From Actinomycetales bacterium (lineage in GTDB: Bacteria; Actinomycetota; Actinomycetes; Actinomycetales; Dermatophilaceae), in assembly GCA_038235595.1 (NCBI GenBank), contig JBBSTU010000001.1:2947-66946 (forward strand): a stretch of 64,000 bases of DNA, in the 5' to 3' direction. This document shows, in pieces, positions 1-13,253 of this stretch. The notes under the pieces were generated by a model that saw only the letters and a program-made list of their open reading frames with translations, searched no databases and was not told where the DNA came from. The translations under genes were made by a program, and so were the position numbers. Position 1 is the stretch's first letter. Each line of letters begins with the position of its first letter.

Positions 1-588
1 GAGCACCCCACGCAGGCCCTGCTCGACGCCTACACGTTGCGCACCCGCCTCGGCGAGCTCGACGGGCGGCACGTCGTGCTCGTCGGCGACCTGACGCACT
101 CGCGGGTCTTTCGCAGCAACGTGATCACGCTGAAGACCCTCGGTGCCCGTGTGACCGTCATCGCCCCCCCGACCCTGATGCCGAGCGGCATCGGCACGTG
201 GAGCGCCACCGAGGGGTTCGCCACCGGCTGGGACCTCGATGCCGTCATCGACGGCGACGATGCGGTGGACGCGATCATGATGCTGCGGGTGCAGCGGGAA
301 CGGATGAGCGGTGGCTACTTCCCGACGGCGCGCGAGTACACCGTCGGGTACGGGCTCACGCGCGAACGGCTTGAGCGCCTCGTGACCCGCAACCCCGAGG
401 TGCTCGTGATGCATCCGGGGCCGATGAACCGAGGCTTGGAGATCGCGGCGGACGCCGCAGACGCGCCCCAGTCGGTGGTGCTCGACCAGGTGTCGGCCGG
501 TGTGGCTGTGCGAATGGCGGTGCTCTACCACCTGCTCGCCGGCGACGAGTCGGCCAGGGACGACGCAGAGAGGAGCGTGTCCGCATGA
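1..588 (+). CDS. pyrB: aspartate carbamoyltransferase catalytic chain, 3' part (5' end lies upstream of the window)
   Basis: Frame 1 is open from base 1 and reads [20 protein letters not shown] (ATCase HPTQ motif), later [13 protein letters not shown]. The stop at 586-588 overlaps the next ATG (ATGA). Confidence 0.9.
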   Translation, partial: EHPTQALLDAYTLRTRLGELDGRHVVLVGDLTHSRVFRSNVITLKTLGARVTVIAPPTLMPSGIGTWSATEGFATGWDLDAVIDGDDAVDAIMMLRVQRERMSGGYFPTAREYTVGYGLTRERLERLVTRNPEVLVMHPGPMNRGLEIAADAADAPQSVVLDQVSAGVAVRMAVLYHLLAGDESARDDAERSVSA

Positions 589-1898
589 GCCGGCTGCTGA
601 TCAAGGGGGCCCGACCGCTCGGCGCCGACGCGACCGACCTGTTGGTCGAGAACGGTGTCATCCGCGAGGTCGGGTCGCTCGGTCGCGAGCCCGCCGACCT
701 GACCATCGACGCCGACGGACTGGTTGCCCTCCCGGGTCTGGTCGACCTGCACGTGCATCTGCGTGAACCCGGGCGCGAGGATGCCGAGACGATCGCCACG
801 GGGTCGGCGGCGGCCGCCGCCGGTGGGTTCACCGCCGTGTTCGCCATGGCCAATACCTCACCCGTGACCGACACTGCCGAGGCGGCCGAACGGGTGCTCG
901 ACCTCGGGCGGGCCTGCGGCCTGACCGACGTCGTGCCCGTGGGTGCGGTCACCAAGGCCCTCGAAGGGGCCGAGCTGGCCGAGCTCGGGCTGATGGCCCG
1001 ATCCCGGGCCCGGGTGCGGGTTTTCTCCGACGACGGTCACTGCGTGCACGACAGCCGCATCATGCGTCGGGCCCTGGAGTACATCCGGGCCTTCGACGGC
1101 GTCATCTCCCAGCATTCCCAGGACCCTCGGCTCGCCGATGCGTCGGCCTGCTGCCACGAGGGGGAGCTCTCGGGCCGCCTTGGACTTCCCGGGTGGCCGG
1201 GCATCGCCGAGGAGTCGATCGTCGCCCGAGACGTGATGCTCGCCGGGCACACCGGCTCGCGGGTGCACGTCGCGCATGTGTCGACCGCCGGTACGGTCGA
1301 GGTGATCCGCTGGGCCAAGGCCCGGGGCATCGACGTGACGGCTGAGGTCACCCCCCACCATCTGGCCCTCACCACCGACCTGCTCAGCGGCTACGACCCG
1401 GTGTACAAGGTCAACCCGCCGCTGCGACCCTCCGATGACATCGAGGCCCTGCGTGCTGGGCTGGCCGACGGCACGATTGACGCGGTGGCCACCGACCATG
1501 CGCCGCACGCACGTCACGACAAGGAGCACGCCTTCGTCGACGCGGCCTTCGGCATGCTCGGCCTCGAGACGGCACTCGCCGTGGTCAGCGACCTGCTCGT
1601 GCGACCAGGACTGCTCGGGTGGGCCGATGTGGCCCGGGTCATGTCGAGTGCCCCCGCACGGATCGGTCGCCTCCAGGGGCACGGGATGCCGCTCGAGGTC
1701 GGCAACCCGGCCAACATCACCCTGATCGACCCCGACCGAGAGGTGACCGTCGATGCTGCGAAGAGCCGCAGCCGCAGCCGCAACAACCCGTGGCACGGGC
1801 GGACCTTCCGGGGCGCGGTCGTGACGACGCTGCTCCGCGGCGCCGTCACGCACACCACCGAACGAGAGCTGACCACTGTGACCGAGAGCGAGATCTGA
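585..1898 (+). CDS. pyrC: dihydroorotase
   Basis: 437-aa ORF with amidohydrolase metal motifs [10 protein letters not shown] and ATDHAPH. It lies between pyrB and carA with overlapping stop/start codons. Confidence 0.92.
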   Translation: MSRLLIKGARPLGADATDLLVENGVIREVGSLGREPADLTIDADGLVALPGLVDLHVHLREPGREDAETIATGSAAAAAGGFTAVFAMANTSPVTDTAEAAERVLDLGRACGLTDVVPVGAVTKALEGAELAELGLMARSRARVRVFSDDGHCVHDSRIMRRALEYIRAFDGVISQHSQDPRLADASACCHEGELSGRLGLPGWPGIAEESIVARDVMLAGHTGSRVHVAHVSTAGTVEVIRWAKARGIDVTAEVTPHHLALTTDLLSGYDPVYKVNPPLRPSDDIEALRAGLADGTIDAVATDHAPHARHDKEHAFVDAAFGMLGLETALAVVSDLLVRPGLLGWADVARVMSSAPARIGRLQGHGMPLEVGNPANITLIDPDREVTVDAAKSRSRSRNNPWHGRTFRGAVVTTLLRGAVTHTTERELTTVTESEI

Positions 1899-3066
1899 TG
1901 CTGAACCTGCCCAGCCAGCACCGAGACGAGGCCGTGCTCTTGCTCGAGGACGGTCGACTGTTTCGGGGCTCCTCCTACGGCGCCGTCGGCGAGACGGTGG
2001 GCGAGGCCGTCTTCTCCACCGGGATGACCGGTTACCAGGAGACGCTCACCGACCCGAGCTACCACCGGCAGGTCATCGTGATGACCGCTCCGCACGTCGG
2101 CAACACCGGCGTCAACGTCGACGACGATGAGAGCCGCCGCATCTGGGCCGCGGGCTACGTCGTGCGTGACCCCGCCATCCGGCCCTCGAACTGGCGATCG
2201 TCTCGCAGTCTCGAGGACGAGCTGCGCGCGCAACACGTGGTTGGGATCTGTCAGATCGACACTCGCGCCCTGACCCGTCATCTGCGCGAACGAGGCTCGA
2301 TGCGGGTCGGGCTGTTCAGCGCCGCCGCCGCCGAGCGGCCCACGCCCCAGCTGCTCGACCTGGTCAAGAACAGTCCGCAGATGACGGGAGCCGCCCTCGC
2401 GGCCGAGGTCAGCACCGACCAGCCCTACGTCGTGCCTGCCGAGGGGGAGAAGCGCTTCACGGTGGCCGCGCTCGATCTGGGCATCAAGGCCATGACTCCC
2501 CACCTGCTGGCCCGGCGCGGCATCGAGGTGCACGTGCTGCCCGCTGCGTCGACCATCGACGACGTGCTCGCAGTCGGCGACGCCGGACCCGACGGGGTCT
2601 TCTTCTCCAACGGCCCGGGTGACCCGGCGACAGCCGACGCCGAGGTCGCGCTGTTGCGCGAGGTGCTGGGGCGCGGCATCCCCTTCTTCGGCATCTGCTT
2701 CGGCAACCAGCTACTCGGCCGAGCCCTCGGGTTCGACACCTACAAGCTGAAGTACGGCCACCGCGGCATCAACCAGCCCGTGATGGACCGCACCACGGGC
2801 AAGGTCGAGGTAACGGCCCACAACCACGGGTTCGCGGTCGACGCCCCCCTGGACACGCCGAGCGAGACGCCCTTCGGGCAAGCCCACGTTTCGCACGTCT
2901 GCCTCAACGACGACGTGGTCGAGGGGCTGGAGCTGCGCCGCGCTGGGCGCCTGACGGCGTTCTCGGTGCAGTACCACCCCGAGGCGGCTGCCGGCCCTCA
3001 CGACGCTGCCTACCTGTTCGACCGGTTCAGCGATCTCATGCTCGAGCTCTCGGAGGTCTCGGTCTG

Positions 3067-3067
<1 letters not shown>
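1898..3067 (+). CDS. carA: carbamoyl-phosphate synthase small (glutaminase) subunit
   Basis: N-terminus is [24 protein letters not shown], with GATase motifs [10 protein letters not shown] and HNHGFAV. The ORF-track start at 1619 overlaps pyrC, so I chose the in-frame ATG at 1898, which abuts the pyrC stop. Confidence 0.92.
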
Positions 3068-6383
<3,316 letters not shown>

Positions 6384-6387
<4 letters not shown>

Positions 6388-7295
6388 GCGACCTGGTGAC
6401 CCAGCCCGTGTCGCCCGGCCGTCGGGCCCGGGTCACCCAGGAGCAGGCCGAGGTGATCGCGACCCGACGGGTCGGGTCGTACCAGCACCTGACGCTCGTC
6501 GCGCCCGGTGTGGCCGAGCTGGCCCGCCCGGGTCAGTTCGTTGCTCTGGCGGTCGGCGGCGAGTCGAGCAGCACCCTCCTGCGTCGCTCGTTCTCGATCC
6601 ACAAGGTCAGCCCGAGCGGCACCTACGGTGGCACCGTCGAGATCGTCGTCTCTGCGGTCGGGGCCGGCACCCGGTGGATCGCCTCGCGACAGTCCCACGA
6701 CCTGGTCGACGTCGTGGGGCCGCTCGGGCGGGCCTTCCCGCTGCCGACGGAGCCGGTCGCGTGCGTTCTCGTCGGAGGGGGGTACGGCAGCGCACCCCTG
6801 TTCTGGTTGGCCGCCGAGCTGAGGGCGCGCGGGTGTCATGTCGAGATGGTGCTGGGCGCGGCGAGTGAGGACAAGCTCTTCGGGGTGACTCTCGCCCGGC
6901 GCAGCAGCGACGGGGTAAGCGTCACCACCGACGACGGGTCGGCGGGGCAGCGGGGCTGGGTCAGCGACGTGCTGCCCGAGGTGATCACCAGCTCGGGTGC
7001 CGGTGTCGTCTACGGGTGTGGGCCGATGGGGATGCTGCATTCGATCACCGAGATCGCCTCGGCCCACGGCGCGGTCGCCCAGGTCGCCGTCGAGGAGTCG
7101 ATGGCGTGCGGTGTCGGCATCTGCATGACCTGCGTCATGCCCGTGGTCGGCAACGACGGCCTGACGCGCATGGTGCGCTCGTGTGTCGAGGGCCCGGTCT
7201 TCCGGGGCGACCGGGTGCGCTGGGATGCGTTCTCCGGCAGCGGAGCCCACGTTCCTGCCGATGCCGTGGGCGCGCCTCGTACGGGAGGGCACTGA
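6384..7295 (+). CDS. pyrK: dihydroorotate dehydrogenase (class 1B) electron-transfer subunit
   Basis: 303 aa. Flavin-reductase-type RRSFSI motif and a C-terminal 2Fe-2S cysteine cluster [10 protein letters not shown]...[12 protein letters not shown] overlap with carB; followed directly by pyrD. Confidence 0.85.
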
Positions 7296-8242
7296 TGGTC
7301 GAGATGTCCACGACGCTCTCTGGGCGCCGACTGGCCAACCCGCTCATGACGGCATCCGGATGCGCAGCGAACGGCCAGGAGCTGCACCGCTTCTTCGACG
7401 TGGCCGACCTTGGGGCCTTCGTCACGAAGACGGTCATGGCCGACCCGCGCTCGGGGCGCGGCACGCCTCGGATGGCCGAGACATCGTCAGGCATGTTGAA
7501 CTCCATCGGCCTGCAGGGCCCCGGCATCGCGGCGTTCGTCGAGAACGACCTGCCGTGGCTCGCGTCGGTTGGGGCCACCGTGCTGCCGTCCATCGCCGGC
7601 GGCTCGAGCACCGAGTTCGCGCACGTCGCGGCCGCGTTGCGCGCCAGCCGGGCCTTCGACTGCGTGGTCGGGGTCGAGGTCAACATCTCGTGCCCCAACG
7701 TCGCGAACCGCGGCCTCGTCTTCGCCTGCGACCCGTTGGCCTCGGCCAAGGTGGTGGCCCTGGTGCGCGAGCAGCTGCCCCGCGACGTGCCGATCTTCGC
7801 CAAGCTGAGCCCCGACGTCACCGACATCACGACCATCGCCGCGGCCTGCGTCAAGGCGGGGGCTGACGGGCTCACCATGATCAACACCCTGCTCGGCATG
7901 GTGATCGACACCGACCGGCTCCGCCCCCAGCTCGGCGGCGTGACCGGCGGGCTCTCCGGCCCCGGCATCCGGCCGGTGGCGGTGCGGGCGATCTGGCAGG
8001 TGCGTCAGGCGATGTTCGAGGGCCGTATCCCCACCGTGCCGATCATCGGGGTCGGTGGCGTGCGCACCGGCAACGACGCGCTCGAGCTCGTGGCGGCGGG
8101 GGCGAGCGCCGTGCAGGTCGGCACCGCCACCTTCAACGACCCGTCGGCCCCCATGCGCGTTCTCGCCGAGCTGACCGGGCTGCTCGAGACCAAGGGGTTC
8201 GCCTCTTTCACCGACGCGGTCGGTATCGCCCACGTCCGCTGA
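7295..8242 (+). CDS. pyrD: dihydroorotate dehydrogenase catalytic subunit (class 1)
   Basis: [23 protein letters not shown]..., VEVNISCPNVANRG (active-site Cys region) and IIGVGGV. I used the in-frame ATG at 7295, which overlaps the pyrK stop; the ORF-track start at 7016 lies inside pyrK. Confidence 0.88.
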   Translation: MVEMSTTLSGRRLANPLMTASGCAANGQELHRFFDVADLGAFVTKTVMADPRSGRGTPRMAETSSGMLNSIGLQGPGIAAFVENDLPWLASVGATVLPSIAGGSSTEFAHVAAALRASRAFDCVVGVEVNISCPNVANRGLVFACDPLASAKVVALVREQLPRDVPIFAKLSPDVTDITTIAAACVKAGADGLTMINTLLGMVIDTDRLRPQLGGVTGGLSGPGIRPVAVRAIWQVRQAMFEGRIPTVPIIGVGGVRTGNDALELVAAGASAVQVGTATFNDPSAPMRVLAELTGLLETKGFASFTDAVGIAHVR

Positions 8243-8292
8243 GACCGAACGGTACTTCTCAGCACCCGACCAGCAGCACCAGGAGGACGAGG

Positions 8293-9135
8293 ATGACGCC
8301 AGGCTTCGGCACGAGGCTCGCGCAGGCCATGTCGAGCAGGGGCCCGCTCTGCGTGGGCATCGACCCGCACCGGGCGCTGGTCGAGGCATGGGGCCTGACC
8401 TACGACCTGGCCGGCCTCGAACGGTTCGCCCTGACCTGCGTGGAGGCGTTCGCAGGGCGGGTAGCCGTCGTCAAGCCTCAGTCGGCCTTCTTCGAGGTGT
8501 TCGGCAGCCGGGGCCTCGCGGTGCTCGAACGGGTGCTCTCCGAGCTGCGCGAGGGCGGCACGCTGACCATCCTCGACGCCAAGCGGGGCGATATCGGGTC
8601 GACCATGGGCGCCTACGCCGAGGCGTTGCTCGGTCGGGATGCCGTTGCGCCCGCCGACGCGGTCACCGTGAGCCCCTTTCTCGGCTACGAGTCGCTGCGC
8701 CCCGCCATCGACCTCGCGGCCGAGACGGGACGGGGGGTCTTCGTGCTCGCCCTCACCTCGAACCCGGAGGGCGCCACGGTGCAGCACGCTGTGCGTGACG
8801 GTCGTTCCGTGGCGGCGTCGATCGTCGAGGGCGCCACGGTCGACAACGCGCTCGCCCGGGAGCGCGGCGCGCTCGGTAGCGTCGGTCTCGTGATCGGGGC
8901 CACCGTGGGCACCGCCGTCTCCGACCTCGGCCTCGACCTGGTCACCGCCGCCACCCCGGTACTGGCGCCCGGCTTCGGGGCTCAGGGCGGCACCGTGGAG
9001 GCTCTCGAGCTCGCCTTCGGGTCGGCGCGGCCGCAGGTGCTCGCCTCCTCGAGTCGCGAGATCCTGCAGGCGGGGCCCAGCGTCTCCGGGTTGGCCGACC
9101 AGGCCGAGCGGGTCGCGCACGAGGTGGGCGGCTGA
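8293..9135 (+). CDS. pyrF: orotidine-5'-phosphate decarboxylase (long, type 2)
   Basis: 280 aa with ILDAKRGDIGSTM, the type-2 OMP decarboxylase lysine motif. SD AGGAGGA lies upstream of the ATG. Confidence 0.88.
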   Translation: MTPGFGTRLAQAMSSRGPLCVGIDPHRALVEAWGLTYDLAGLERFALTCVEAFAGRVAVVKPQSAFFEVFGSRGLAVLERVLSELREGGTLTILDAKRGDIGSTMGAYAEALLGRDAVAPADAVTVSPFLGYESLRPAIDLAAETGRGVFVLALTSNPEGATVQHAVRDGRSVAASIVEGATVDNALARERGALGSVGLVIGATVGTAVSDLGLDLVTAATPVLAPGFGAQGGTVEALELAFGSARPQVLASSSREILQAGPSVSGLADQAERVAHEVGG

Positions 9136-9172
9136 GCGTTCGCCACCATGGCGGGGTCGGCGTCACGGGGGG

Positions 9173-9202
9173 TTGACAGGGTAAGTTCCGTCGCTCTAGG
9201 TT
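9173..9202 (+). promoter_or_regulatory. candidate sigma-70-type promoter of the permease-hydantoinase operon (TTGACA-18 nt-TAGGTT)
   Basis: TTGACA at 9173-9178 and TAGGTT at 9197-9202, in a locally AT-richer 136-bp intergenic region. The SD GGGAGAGG precedes the ATG at 9272. Confidence 0.35.
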
Positions 9203-9271
9203 CGAATTTGGGATCCCATAATGGGCTTCGCCACGTAGCAGCAAGGCTGGAACCTCGAGGCGGGAGAGGCA

Positions 9272-10774
9272 ATGTCGGCAACGGAAGACCTGAGGAGGTC
9301 TGAGACCTTCTCACCGAAGGTTCCAAGCGGATACAGCCCGCGCCTCTACAACCCAGACATCGCGCCGCGAGGGGACCATGCTCCCTGGACGGCGTGGGGG
9401 CTCTTCGCGTGGTGGATGTCTGCCTGGCACAGCCTGGGCAACTACACCGCTGCTGTGGGCCTGCTGGTGCTGGGCCTGATGGGGTGGCAGCTGGCCGTGG
9501 GTCTCTGCCTGGGAGTGCTGGTTCTCTACGTGATGAGCAATGTCATGGGGATTGCCGGTCAGAAGGTGGGCGTACCGTTCCCCGTTTTCGCCCGCGCGAG
9601 CTTCGGAGTCTTCGGCGCCAACATCCCCGCGATCCTGCGAGCCATCGTGGCGGTCGCCTGGTACGGGATCCAGACCTACCTCGCCTCGGTGGCGCTCCTC
9701 ATCCTGGTTCTTAAGGTCTACCCGAACGCCCAGCCCCTGACGGAGGTCAGCCTCTTCGGGCTCTCGGGTCTTGGCTGGATCTGCTTTCTCGCGCTATGGG
9801 TCGCCCAGCTCTTCGTGCTTCACCGCGGAATGGAGACGGTGAGAAAACTGACCGAGTTTGCCGGACCAACGATCTGGATCGCGATGTTCGCCCTGGCCGT
9901 CTGGACCTTGGATCGGGCAGACTGGTCGATCGACTGGACGTACAGCGTCGGCAGCCCCTTGGGGTTCGGTGCCGCGGTCGGGGCAATCCTCACCGCAGCG
10001 TTTCTGATCGTGTCCAACCTCAGTGGACCCTTGGTCAACTTCGCCGACTTCACCCGCCTCTCGCCTGACCGAGCGACCGTGGTCAAGGGAAACCGGCTCG
10101 GGCTGCTCATCAACGGAATTGCCTTCTGTGTCGTCTCCATCGTCATCACGCTGGCGTCGGTGAAGGTCTACGGGCAGGCAGTCAACGACCCCATCGAAAT
10201 GGTCCGTGACGTGGACAACGTCACGGTGCTGCTCCTGACCATCCTCGTCGTGGCCGTGGCCACCGCGGGCGCCAACGTGGTTCTCAACTTCGTGTCGCCG
10301 GCCTATGACTTCGTCAACGTTGCACCGCACCGCATCAGCTTCCGAACCGGTGGCGTGATCACCGCTGTGCTATCGGTCGTGATCATGCCCTGGAACCTCT
10401 ACTCCAGTCCCATCGTGGTCAATCTCTTCCTGGGCGGGATCGGCGCGCTCATGGGCCCTGTGGCCGGCATCCTCGCCACTGACTTCTACCTCGTGCGACG
10501 GGCTCAGATCGACCAGGACAGTCTGTACACGGATGCCCCTGATGGCCGGTACTACTACAGCCGAGGGACCAACGTGAACTCGGTGATCGCACTCGGCCTG
10601 TCAGGCACCATCGCACTCTCCTTGGCACTGGTTCCCGCCCTTGGCGACTTTCACGCCTTCGCCTGGCCGGTGGGGCTAGTTCTGGGTGGCGTCTTCTGTC
10701 TCGTCGTGAACCGGCTGCGACCGAATGTCCACGCACGAGCAGCCAGCCTCGGCGAACCGATGACCCACGAATGA
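9272..10774 (+). CDS. NCS1-family nucleobase/hydantoin/allantoin:cation symporter (Mhp1/PucI-like)
   Basis: 500-aa polytopic membrane protein. The C-terminal half reads NFVSPAYDFVN...FRTGGVITAVLSVVIMPWNLY...GALMGPVAGILATDFYLVRR, which closely mirrors my recollection of the Mhp1 hydantoin permease (NLLSPAY...MPW...GPLAGI..DYFLVRR). Confidence 0.85.
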   Translation: MSATEDLRRSETFSPKVPSGYSPRLYNPDIAPRGDHAPWTAWGLFAWWMSAWHSLGNYTAAVGLLVLGLMGWQLAVGLCLGVLVLYVMSNVMGIAGQKVGVPFPVFARASFGVFGANIPAILRAIVAVAWYGIQTYLASVALLILVLKVYPNAQPLTEVSLFGLSGLGWICFLALWVAQLFVLHRGMETVRKLTEFAGPTIWIAMFALAVWTLDRADWSIDWTYSVGSPLGFGAAVGAILTAAFLIVSNLSGPLVNFADFTRLSPDRATVVKGNRLGLLINGIAFCVVSIVITLASVKVYGQAVNDPIEMVRDVDNVTVLLLTILVVAVATAGANVVLNFVSPAYDFVNVAPHRISFRTGGVITAVLSVVIMPWNLYSSPIVVNLFLGGIGALMGPVAGILATDFYLVRRAQIDQDSLYTDAPDGRYYYSRGTNVNSVIALGLSGTIALSLALVPALGDFHAFAWPVGLVLGGVFCLVVNRLRPNVHARAASLGEPMTHE

Positions 10775-10862
10775 GTCGCCGGTCCGCGACGAGACGTCGT
10801 TCACGCGCGCTGGCCCCCTGCACCCCAGCCGACAAACAAGCCCATCGACAGGGAGAATTCGG

Positions 10863-12242
10863 ATGACCTTCGACGTGCTCATCACGGACGCCCTGGTGGT
10901 CAACGCCGATGGGCGATTCCGAGCCGATGTCGGTGTCACGAATGGCGTCGTCACGGCGGTCTTCGCCGCCCGTGAAGCCGACGGGCACGATGCGGCGCGG
11001 ATCGTCGATGCCGCAGGCAGGGTACTCATTCCCGGCGGGGTGGATGCCCACTGTCACGTCGCCCAGGTGACGGGCAGACACCGCAGTCTCGACACCTTCG
11101 AAACCGCATCCGTGGCCGCCCTCCACGGTGGCACCACCACGATCATCGACTTCGGTATCCCGTCCGATGCGCAGGAGACGCCGCTGGCAGCGGTCCAGCG
11201 AAAGCTGAGCCTCATCGACGGAGCACGCTGCGCCGTCGCCCTGCACGGCTCAGTGGTCGACTGGGACGAGACAATCCCGGGTCAGCTGCAGTGGATGGGT
11301 GATCAAGGAATCAGATCAGTCAAGCTCTACACCACGAACAGAGGCACGACGATGGCGGACGACACCACCATCGTGAAGGTGATGAAGGAGATGGTGCGCC
11401 TCCGGGGCCTGACCTATATCCACTGCGAACACGACGCCATCATCGAAGATCGGATCTCGGTCTGCACCGACGCTCGCCTCAACGACATTGCGCATCTGCA
11501 CATGACTCGCCCGGCGCTTTCCGAGGTGGCCTCGGTGCAGGAGATGCTCGCCCTCGCCAAGTACACGGGTGCGCCCATCTACCTCGTCCATCAGTCGACC
11601 CCCGAAGCGGTGAGGGCCGTTCACGAGGCGCGTTCACAGGGGCAGATCGTCTACTCCGAGGTGTGCCCGCACTATCTCTGCTTCGATGAGTCGGTCTACT
11701 CCGGCGACACACCTGAGAAGTACGCGTGCTGCCCGCCGATGCGTCCACGCCACTCGGTTGACGCTCTCGTAGAGATGCTCGCCAGAGGTCAGGTCGACGT
11801 TGTCTCATCGGACCACTCCTGCTACAACCTCGAGCAGAAGCGGATCACTGACGACGTGCGCTTCATGCCACACGGCCTACCCGGGGTGGAGACCAGAATG
11901 GCCGCCACCTTCACCACCTTGGTCACCCAGAAGGGGGCATCGATCGAGCGGTTCGTGGACGTCTTCTCGGCCGGACCGGCGCGCATCAACGGGCTCCCCA
12001 CCAAGGGGCGAGTGGCTGTGGGGATGGACGCCGACCTCGTCTTGTTCGATCCCGACGAGAGCCGTCGAGTCGACGGCGCAAGCCTGCACATGGGTACCGA
12101 CCACTCACCCTTCGACGGGATGGACCTGTGCGGTTGGCCATCGCTCGTAGTCTCGGCGGGAACGGTGGTCCTCGAGGATGGGCGGTTCTTCGATCCTGGC
12201 CCGGTCGGGGGTTTCCTCGGTCGTGAGCCGGTCCGCTCATAA
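10863..12242 (+). CDS. cyclic amidohydrolase: D-hydantoinase / dihydropyrimidinase
   Basis: 459 aa. The full binuclear-metal ligand set is visible: GGVDAHCHV (HxH), IRSVKLYTT (carbamylated Lys position), IHCEHD, YLVHQST and VSSDHSCY. Confidence 0.85.
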   Translation: MTFDVLITDALVVNADGRFRADVGVTNGVVTAVFAAREADGHDAARIVDAAGRVLIPGGVDAHCHVAQVTGRHRSLDTFETASVAALHGGTTTIIDFGIPSDAQETPLAAVQRKLSLIDGARCAVALHGSVVDWDETIPGQLQWMGDQGIRSVKLYTTNRGTTMADDTTIVKVMKEMVRLRGLTYIHCEHDAIIEDRISVCTDARLNDIAHLHMTRPALSEVASVQEMLALAKYTGAPIYLVHQSTPEAVRAVHEARSQGQIVYSEVCPHYLCFDESVYSGDTPEKYACCPPMRPRHSVDALVEMLARGQVDVVSSDHSCYNLEQKRITDDVRFMPHGLPGVETRMAATFTTLVTQKGASIERFVDVFSAGPARINGLPTKGRVAVGMDADLVLFDPDESRRVDGASLHMGTDHSPFDGMDLCGWPSLVVSAGTVVLEDGRFFDPGPVGGFLGREPVRS

Positions 12243-12257
12243 GTACCGAATAGGTAC
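12243..12257. promoter_or_regulatory. perfect palindrome GTACC-N5-GGTAC overlapping a TACGAT -10-like hexamer; candidate GntR autoregulatory operator
   Basis: GTACCGAATAGGTAC starts directly after the hydantoinase stop. TACGAT (12255-12260) lies 5 nt before the GntR GTG at 12266. The pattern fits the generic GntR GT-Nx-AC operator. Confidence 0.3.
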
Positions 12258-12265
12258 GATCAGGC

Positions 12266-12979
12266 GTGGTGTCACCATCGAGCAAGCTCTATCAGCGCCA
12301 GCGGGCACTGCGCGAGATCGTCGCCGACGAGATCCGCAGGCAGATCTTCTCGGGGGCTCTTGCGCCCGGCACGAGACTGGTTGAGCGTGACTTGGCTGAT
12401 GCCTTCTCGGTTTCGCGGGCGCCGGTACGCGAGGCACTGAGAGCGCTTCACAACGAGGGGCTCACCGAGAGCCTGTCGACCCGCGGCCTCATCGTACGCA
12501 CGTTCGACAGGAAAGAAGTGCAGGAGCTCTTCGACATCCGCGAAGCGCTCGAGGGGCTGGCGGCCGGGCAGGCTGCACATAATGCGTCTGACGACGACGT
12601 CAACCAGCTGGCTAGCCTGGTCACCGCATCGCAGAATGCAACTGCATCAGGCGATCTCGACGCGGCCCACGACGCGAACCTGCGATTCCACGATGAAGTC
12701 GTCCGGCTCTCCGGAAACGGCTGTCTCCAGGAGACGCTTGCACCCGTGGCGGGGCGACTGCACTGGTTGTTCCGGCAGGTGCCCGACCTCACCGAGGTAG
12801 GCCTACAGCATCACCGGATTGTTTGCGCCATCAGGTCTGGAGACGCGCCGGCAGCGGACTCGGTCGCGCGGACGCACGTGGCGTACTACCGACAGCAGAC
12901 CGAGGTGCACCTGTTCGGCACGTCTGCGCCGTCACGATCGGGACCAGAAATGCCGATCGCCCTGTCTGACTCTCGATGA
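12266..12979 (+). CDS. GntR-family (FadR/FCD subfamily) transcriptional regulator
   Basis: N-terminal wHTH LVERDLADAFSVSRAPVREALRAL, followed by an all-helical C-terminal FCD-like domain. 237 aa. Confidence 0.85.
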   Translation: MVSPSSKLYQRQRALREIVADEIRRQIFSGALAPGTRLVERDLADAFSVSRAPVREALRALHNEGLTESLSTRGLIVRTFDRKEVQELFDIREALEGLAAGQAAHNASDDDVNQLASLVTASQNATASGDLDAAHDANLRFHDEVVRLSGNGCLQETLAPVAGRLHWLFRQVPDLTEVGLQHHRIVCAIRSGDAPAADSVARTHVAYYRQQTEVHLFGTSAPSRSGPEMPIALSDSR

Positions 12980-13144
12980 CCACGGAAGTTCCGTGATGCA
13001 AGACCGGGCATCGACTGTCCATGGGCTGCTCCGGGTGATGCGATGCTTCACGGGGAAGCACCGCTGTGGCCGCCGTCCAAGCACGACTGCGACCCGAACC
13101 AAGCCTGCTGTCGAAGCTGCGGAACAGAGGCGGGCGAGCCTGGG

Positions 13145-13170
13145 GAGGGTGCCCGCGTTGCGGCACCCTC
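13145..13170 (+). terminator. GC-rich hairpin (9-bp stem GAGGGTGCC/GGCACCCTC); possible terminator of the upstream island or part of the mihF leader
   Basis: Perfect 9-bp inverted repeat with an 8-nt loop and no U-tract. It lies in the 274-bp non-coding gap between the GntR gene and mihF. Confidence 0.3.
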
Positions 13171-13181
13171 GTAGGGGTCGC

Positions 13182-13187
13182 TAGGTT
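13182..13187 (+). promoter_or_regulatory. candidate -10 hexamer TAGGTT for mihF
   Basis: TAnnnT hexamer about 65 nt upstream of the GTG at 13254. The SD AAGGAGA at 13238-13244 implies a leadered transcript. Confidence 0.25.
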
Positions 13188-13253
13188 CGGGCGGAACAGA
13201 TCATTCGGGGTCACGCCAGGCGATGCCCCGCGTCGGCAAGGAGACCCTGCACC

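Noticed and set aside
9136-12979. Calling the permease-hydantoinase-GntR module a horizontally acquired genomic island.
   Set aside because: There are no flanking direct repeats, mobility genes or evident compositional shift in the coding parts. Only the synteny break supports insertion, so it is reported as a synteny anomaly and not as proven HGT.
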